Source: an uncultured Spirochaetota bacterium
GTDB taxonomy: Bacteria; Spirochaetota; Spirochaetia; SZUA-6; Fen-1364
Length of the DNA stretch: 64,000 nucleotides
Assembly: GCA_963745235.1 (NCBI GenBank)
Contig: CAVUXE010000035.1
Coordinates: 96,001 to 160,000 of the forward strand
Direction of reading: 5' to 3'
Of this stretch, positions 59,901-64,000 are shown piece by piece. The translations under genes and the position numbers were made by a program. The notes below the pieces were generated by a model, which did not search any database, was not told where the DNA came from, and was given only the letters and a program-made list of their open reading frames with translations. Position 1 is the first letter of the stretch; each line of letters starts with the position of its first letter.

Positions 59901-59928
59901 TGAGTTTCCTCCCGAAAAGGTATGAAAT

Positions 59929-59957
59929 AGTATCCCGCGATGCACTCACACTGTCAA
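59929..59957 (-). promoter_or_regulatory. sigma70 promoter of fba
   Basis: TTGACA-N17-GATACT on the minus strand. Confidence 0.6.
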
Positions 59958-60910
59958 GGGCGGGATGTGTCTTCACGCGCTTCCCTGAAGCGCGCGCTTT
60001 GTGCAACGGTCCTTTTTGGCTGCGCCGTGCTGACGAGCGGGTGCTGGAACGGCCGCGTCCTCTTTGCCATGGAAGAATCCTATTGGGCCGCGGAAGGGGG
60101 AGGCGCGCTTCTTCACCGTTCTCTTTTTCGCGCTTCGTTTGCGCATGGCTACTTTCCGGGATTCCTTCTCATCAGAACGCAGGAGGATCCTGTAGCGAGT
60201 CTCCGCAGAGAGCTGACGATCCATCATTACAGGGCCGCTGTGGTCGGCCCGCTTTTGTCCCTGGACCCGCAGGTCTTCACGGCAGTCCCTCCCTCCACTC
60301 GTCTGCTGCTTGTTGACGGCGCGAGTGCCGCCGCTCCCCCGGCAACATGGTTCGCCTGGTGTTCGACCGAAGAGAAGCATTTCGAATTGCCGGGTCGGCG
60401 GCTGGACTGGCTATCCGTCACCAGGCCGGCGGAACGCTTACCAATGCGCTTGCCTCCCGGATTGGCGTCCTTCTCTCGATTCATCCCTCGGGAACCCAGG
60501 AGGAGCTTTCTGCTTTCATGGCAGGAGTGGCGCAGGCCCTCGACGGCGGGCAGCCGTCAATCAGGAGTCTTTCCGACCCCGTCGATCGCAACGCCGTTCA
60601 ATCTGCCATCGAGCAGATGCGACGGGACGGGGTAGAGATCTTTCTATTGTTCATGGGCGCCCCTGATTCATGGGCGCTGGATACGCTGAGAAACGCGGGG
60701 GGAAGCGCAATTGTCTCGGACTGGGCGCCATCGCGGGCCTTCCCCGCCCAGGTTTTTCTCTCCGTAGATACGGATCTTGCCGGCGGAGTTGCACGCTTCC
60801 TGGCACAGGCGCACACCGGGGAAGGCATCGTGAGCGGTCCCGTGAGGATTGTCGCCGGGAAGGCTCTGCCAATTCCTTCGGAGGTCGCAGCCCAGGTGGC
60901 TGCCCGGTGA
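59940..60910 (+). CDS. Putative lipoprotein, periplasmic-binding-like (frameshift near 60345; start uncertain)
   Basis: LTSGC lipobox; second half continues in ORF 60347-60910. Confidence 0.5.
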
Positions 60911-60960
60911 GAGCGAAAAGCCTTTCGGCTGCGCGCGTTGCCATGGAAGGGGAAAAAAAT

Positions 60961-60989
60961 TTGACAAGGGGTTGCCCCAGAAATATAAT
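60961..60989 (+). promoter_or_regulatory. Perfect-consensus sigma70 promoter of the flaA pair
   Basis: TTGACA-N17-TATAAT. Confidence 0.9.
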
Positions 60990-61041
60990 TTCGAGTGACT
61001 TGGAAACTGACTGCGTTCCGCTTTTGCAAAAGGAGACGGGC

Positions 61042-61785
61042 ATGACGCCAGGATTGAGAGCGTTCCTCGGCACAGCGATGACTTTCATACTCCTTTTCAC
61101 CGCCGGTGGGGTCTCTGCGCAGGACAACACCGTGAGCCTGCAGGTGCGGCCCCTGATAACCTTCGATGATCAGGCGAAAGCGGGCAACTGGATCGTTCAA
61201 GGAAGCAAGTTTGCGACACAGGGCTTTCCTCAGTACAAGTTGGTGAAAGCCTGGCCTGAAGCGGTGTACGGCCGCAACAAGGAAAACAGGGACCTGTACT
61301 CCATGGGGATCCATAGCAAGTTCGATCGCAAGGGGTACAACTACATCGAGATCATTCCTGCCACAAAGGACAGTTCGGGAAACATAGTCCCAACAACCAT
61401 TCCCATCCCCGGCAAGGTGCAGCGCATGGATGTCTGGGTATGGGGCTCGAACTACAATTACACCATGGACCTCTTCCTGCGGGACTACCGCGGGATAGAC
61501 CACGTTCTCCACCTTGGCTCGCTGCAGTTCATGGGTTGGCGGGACCTGGCGGTATCCGTGCCGGGCTCCATTCCCCAGTCGCGCAGGTATATTCCCCAGT
61601 TCCAGGGCCTCGAGCTGACGAAGCTGGTCATCTGGACCGCACCGGAGGAAAAGGTGGACGACTACTGGGTGTTCCTTGACGAGCTCACCATCCTCACGGA
61701 CATGTACCAGACCCGATACGATGGCGAGGACCTGGCTGATCCTGACTACCTGAACCAGATCTGGTCGCAGCAGGCGAGCAAGTAG
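61042..61785 (+). CDS. flaA: Periplasmic flagellar sheath protein (FlaA family)
   Basis: Signal peptide, FDRKGYN, DVWVWGSNY, LG.L.FMGW..L. Confidence 0.85.
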   Translation: MTPGLRAFLGTAMTFILLFTAGGVSAQDNTVSLQVRPLITFDDQAKAGNWIVQGSKFATQGFPQYKLVKAWPEAVYGRNKENRDLYSMGIHSKFDRKGYNYIEIIPATKDSSGNIVPTTIPIPGKVQRMDVWVWGSNYNYTMDLFLRDYRGIDHVLHLGSLQFMGWRDLAVSVPGSIPQSRRYIPQFQGLELTKLVIWTAPEEKVDDYWVFLDELTILTDMYQTRYDGEDLADPDYLNQIWSQQASK

Positions 61786-61790
61786 GAGGC

Positions 61791-62588
61791 ATGAAGATGA
61801 AAGCGTCACTGGTTCTCACCTTCTGTGCCGCCTCCCTGGTGCTCGCTTCTCCGTTGTTCGCCCAGGCTACGGGTACCCAGGGTACACAGACACAGGGCAC
61901 GCAGACACAGGCGACTCAGCCGCAAAGCCCTCCGGCGCAGAATGTCTCCGTGGGGCAGCCTAACCCGGAAAATATCGGAAAAGACCAGGCCCAGCAGCTC
62001 CTGGAAGAGCTGTCGGTTTCGAAGTTCGAGGATTCGGCTTTCTGGGGCGGGAGCATGCCCCTGGACATGGGCGTCATTGCCCTCAAGAGGCTCGAAGGGA
62101 GCCCTGCGGGCAAGAAGCCGATCGAGCAGGAAGTCAAACTGGGCATCAAGGAAGAGGACAAGTACGTCCTGGGCGTCAAGGTGAGCTTCTTTCACCGCGG
62201 CGACTCGTTCTTCACCGTGTACCCTGCCAACCCTCTTCCGATTGCCGGAATCGTGAAGACTGTCTCCGTCTGGGTAGTGGGCAGGAACTACAACCACGTG
62301 CTGAAGCTCCTCTTCACGGACTCCATGGGCCGGCCCCAGGAGGTCACGGTGGGGACCCTGAACTTCATTGGGTGGAAACAACTGACAGTCGCAATCCCGC
62401 CGACGGTCGTGCAGCAGGATTTCCACTACGGCACGGCCAGCGGCATCACCATCACGGGCTTTCGAATCGAGACGGATCCGCTTGACACCTATGGAACCTA
62501 CTACGTCTACTTCGACGATCTTCGTGCCGTCACGGATCTTTTTGGCCAATCAAAGCGTGACACGGACGACATGGCTGATGGCTGGTGA
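61791..62588 (+). CDS. flaA: Second FlaA family sheath protein
   Basis: KYVLGVKV.F, SVWVVGRNY, LNFIGWKQL, YFDDLRAVTDLF; QT-rich linker. Confidence 0.85.
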   Translation: MKMKASLVLTFCAASLVLASPLFAQATGTQGTQTQGTQTQATQPQSPPAQNVSVGQPNPENIGKDQAQQLLEELSVSKFEDSAFWGGSMPLDMGVIALKRLEGSPAGKKPIEQEVKLGIKEEDKYVLGVKVSFFHRGDSFFTVYPANPLPIAGIVKTVSVWVVGRNYNHVLKLLFTDSMGRPQEVTVGTLNFIGWKQLTVAIPPTVVQQDFHYGTASGITITGFRIETDPLDTYGTYYVYFDDLRAVTDLFGQSKRDTDDMADGW

Positions 62589-62615
62589 TTCAGCGCTCCT
62601 GGCCTGCCACTGGAG

Positions 62616-62646
62616 AGCCCTCGCGGAGACGCGAGGGCTTTTATTT
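62616..62646 (+). terminator. Rho-independent terminator
   Basis: AGCCCTCGCG-GAGA-CGCGAGGGCT followed by TTTATTT. Confidence 0.88.
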
Positions 62647-62674
62647 CACCGGACCGGGTGATAGAGTTTCTGTC

Positions 62675-63493
62675 ATGACTCCCGAGGAGGAGCTCGCCCG
62701 GCTCAACCGCGTGATTCATCAATACGAGAGCGTGTTCAAGACGACCACGGACAGCGAGCAACGCCGCAGAGTGGTGAAGCAGCTCAAGGATTTGAAGGAC
62801 TACAGAGAGAAGCTCGTGGCCGTCAACGTACTTGATGCAAAGGCCGAAGAGCAGGCGGAAGAGACTTCGGACGATCTCGCCCAGTTCCCGTTTCTGCGGA
62901 CACTTGTCGCCAGGGAAGCGGACTTGCAGCCGCGGCTTCGCGTGCAGCATTTCTGGGCCCGAGACGAGGAGCCAACGCCCGCGCAGCAAGAGATATTTCA
63001 CCTCATGCTGCACATGCGGTGGTTCAGAGAGGAGTTTCTGCCTTTTCTGACGGAGAAGCGCTTGAAGCTTGACTTCAAGTTTTCCCTTGATCGCGACGGG
63101 TTCTACGCCAGGTTCCAGGATGTCGAGCGAAAACTGGAAGATTTCCGTGAAGAGGTCACGCGATTAGGCGAAGGCGTTGCAGGCCGCGAGATGGAGCTGG
63201 AGGTGCGCAAGCGCATGAGCAAGCTCACGAGGCAGATCGAGGCCGATGCGTCAAAGCTGTTCCAAGCGGTGAAGTTTTTCGCCCGGGAGCTGGTTGAAGA
63301 CGCGGATGGCGAGGGAGTGAAGTGCCTCAACGGGGCAGAGCGTATAGCGTTCGACTCTATCGAGGGCACCAGGGCGCTCGAAGGTCGCACGGTGCGCAGC
63401 GCCCTCGACGAGCTGGCCAGGCTGGCCTCTGAGGTGGAAGAGTACCTCAACGTACCCGGACATCGAAAGCCAGGAGAGATAGCGTGCAGATAG
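62675..63493 (+). CDS. Hypothetical helical protein
   Basis: Long ORF with host codon usage, overlapping the bactofilin start. Confidence 0.65.
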   Translation: MTPEEELARLNRVIHQYESVFKTTTDSEQRRRVVKQLKDLKDYREKLVAVNVLDAKAEEQAEETSDDLAQFPFLRTLVAREADLQPRLRVQHFWARDEEPTPAQQEIFHLMLHMRWFREEFLPFLTEKRLKLDFKFSLDRDGFYARFQDVERKLEDFREEVTRLGEGVAGREMELEVRKRMSKLTRQIEADASKLFQAVKFFARELVEDADGEGVKCLNGAERIAFDSIEGTRALEGRTVRSALDELARLASEVEEYLNVPGHRKPGEIACR

Positions 63494-63909
63494 ACATCGA
63501 GGCGAACTCCACCATCGGGGAAGAGTCTTTTTTCGAGGGGTCGTATGCTGTCAGGGGAAGCCTGCGCATTGACGGGCGGTTCGAAGGAAAATCCCTGCTG
63601 GTGGACCAGCTGCAGATAGGGCCAAAGGGAAGGGTCAGGACCGACATTATCGCCACCAGCGTCGTGGTGGAGGGCGTCATCATCGGCAATATCACATCGT
63701 CCCGACGTATTCTCCTCCTCTCCTCCGCGCGCGTGCTTGGCGACATCAAGACTCCCGAGCTGATCATCCAGGACGGGGTCGTCCTGGAAGGCAGGTGCAC
63801 CATCAGCCACATCCAGATCGAGAACACGCTGCAGTACATCGAAGCGCTCTACGCGAAATCAGCGGAAAGTCTTGACATTTCTGCGGTGTTTGGATATGTA
63901 TCGTACTGA
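63484..63909 (+). CDS. Bactofilin (polymer-forming cytoskeletal protein)
   Basis: STIGE..FEG, LRIDG.FEG, V.GDI.TP.L.I..GV.LEG.C. Confidence 0.9.
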   Translation: MQIDIEANSTIGEESFFEGSYAVRGSLRIDGRFEGKSLLVDQLQIGPKGRVRTDIIATSVVVEGVIIGNITSSRRILLLSSARVLGDIKTPELIIQDGVVLEGRCTISHIQIENTLQYIEALYAKSAESLDISAVFGYVSY

Positions 63910-63914
63910 CTCGA

Positions 63915-63985
63915 TTCCCGGTAGTGTAACGGTAGCACAAAAGACTCTGGATCTTTTTGTGGGGGTTCGAATCCTCCCCGGGAAA
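63915..63985 (+). tRNA. tRNA-Gln(CTG)
   Basis: TTCCCGG/CCGGGAA acceptor, AAAGA-CTCTGGA-TCTTT, GGTTCGAATCC. Confidence 0.95.
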
Positions 63986-64000
63986 GAACGGCCGTGAGGC

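Overview
GC-rich chromosomal window from an anaerobic, free-living-type spirochaete. This is inferred from tandem flaA sheath genes, a flgF-flgG-flgA-flgI-flgJ cluster without flgH, and Borrelia-like flgI-rpoS-deacetylase-tsaD synteny. Core genes include a corrinoid protein, a 4-subunit 2-oxoacid:ferredoxin oxidoreductase, uridine kinase, an HD-GYP protein, btuCD-like ABC genes, nlpD plus a sigma factor, an amidohydrolase/cNMP/Crp operon, livKHMGF, flagellar genes, a sigma54-driven rpoS-like gene, apt, hypFCDE, upp, a group 3b [NiFe] hydrogenase operon, fba, flaA x2, bactofilin and three tRNAs (Leu-TAA, Thr-CGT, Gln-CTG). There are two mobile elements. The first is a ~12.3 kb decayed island integrated at tRNA-Leu (14061-26346), with a displaced tRNA 3' half, an integrase N-terminal remnant joined to a 5'-truncated copA, metal-response cargo and a hoxFUYHW group 3d hydrogenase. 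The second is an ISLre2/ISKra4-type IS inserted 16 bp upstream of a sigma70 -35 box. Both hydrogenase operons end in a maturation protease plus a similar orphan receiver domain. Many single-base frameshifts, densest at 28.7-33.2 kb, are probably sequencing errors. All calls are by eye from motifs; no database searches were run.
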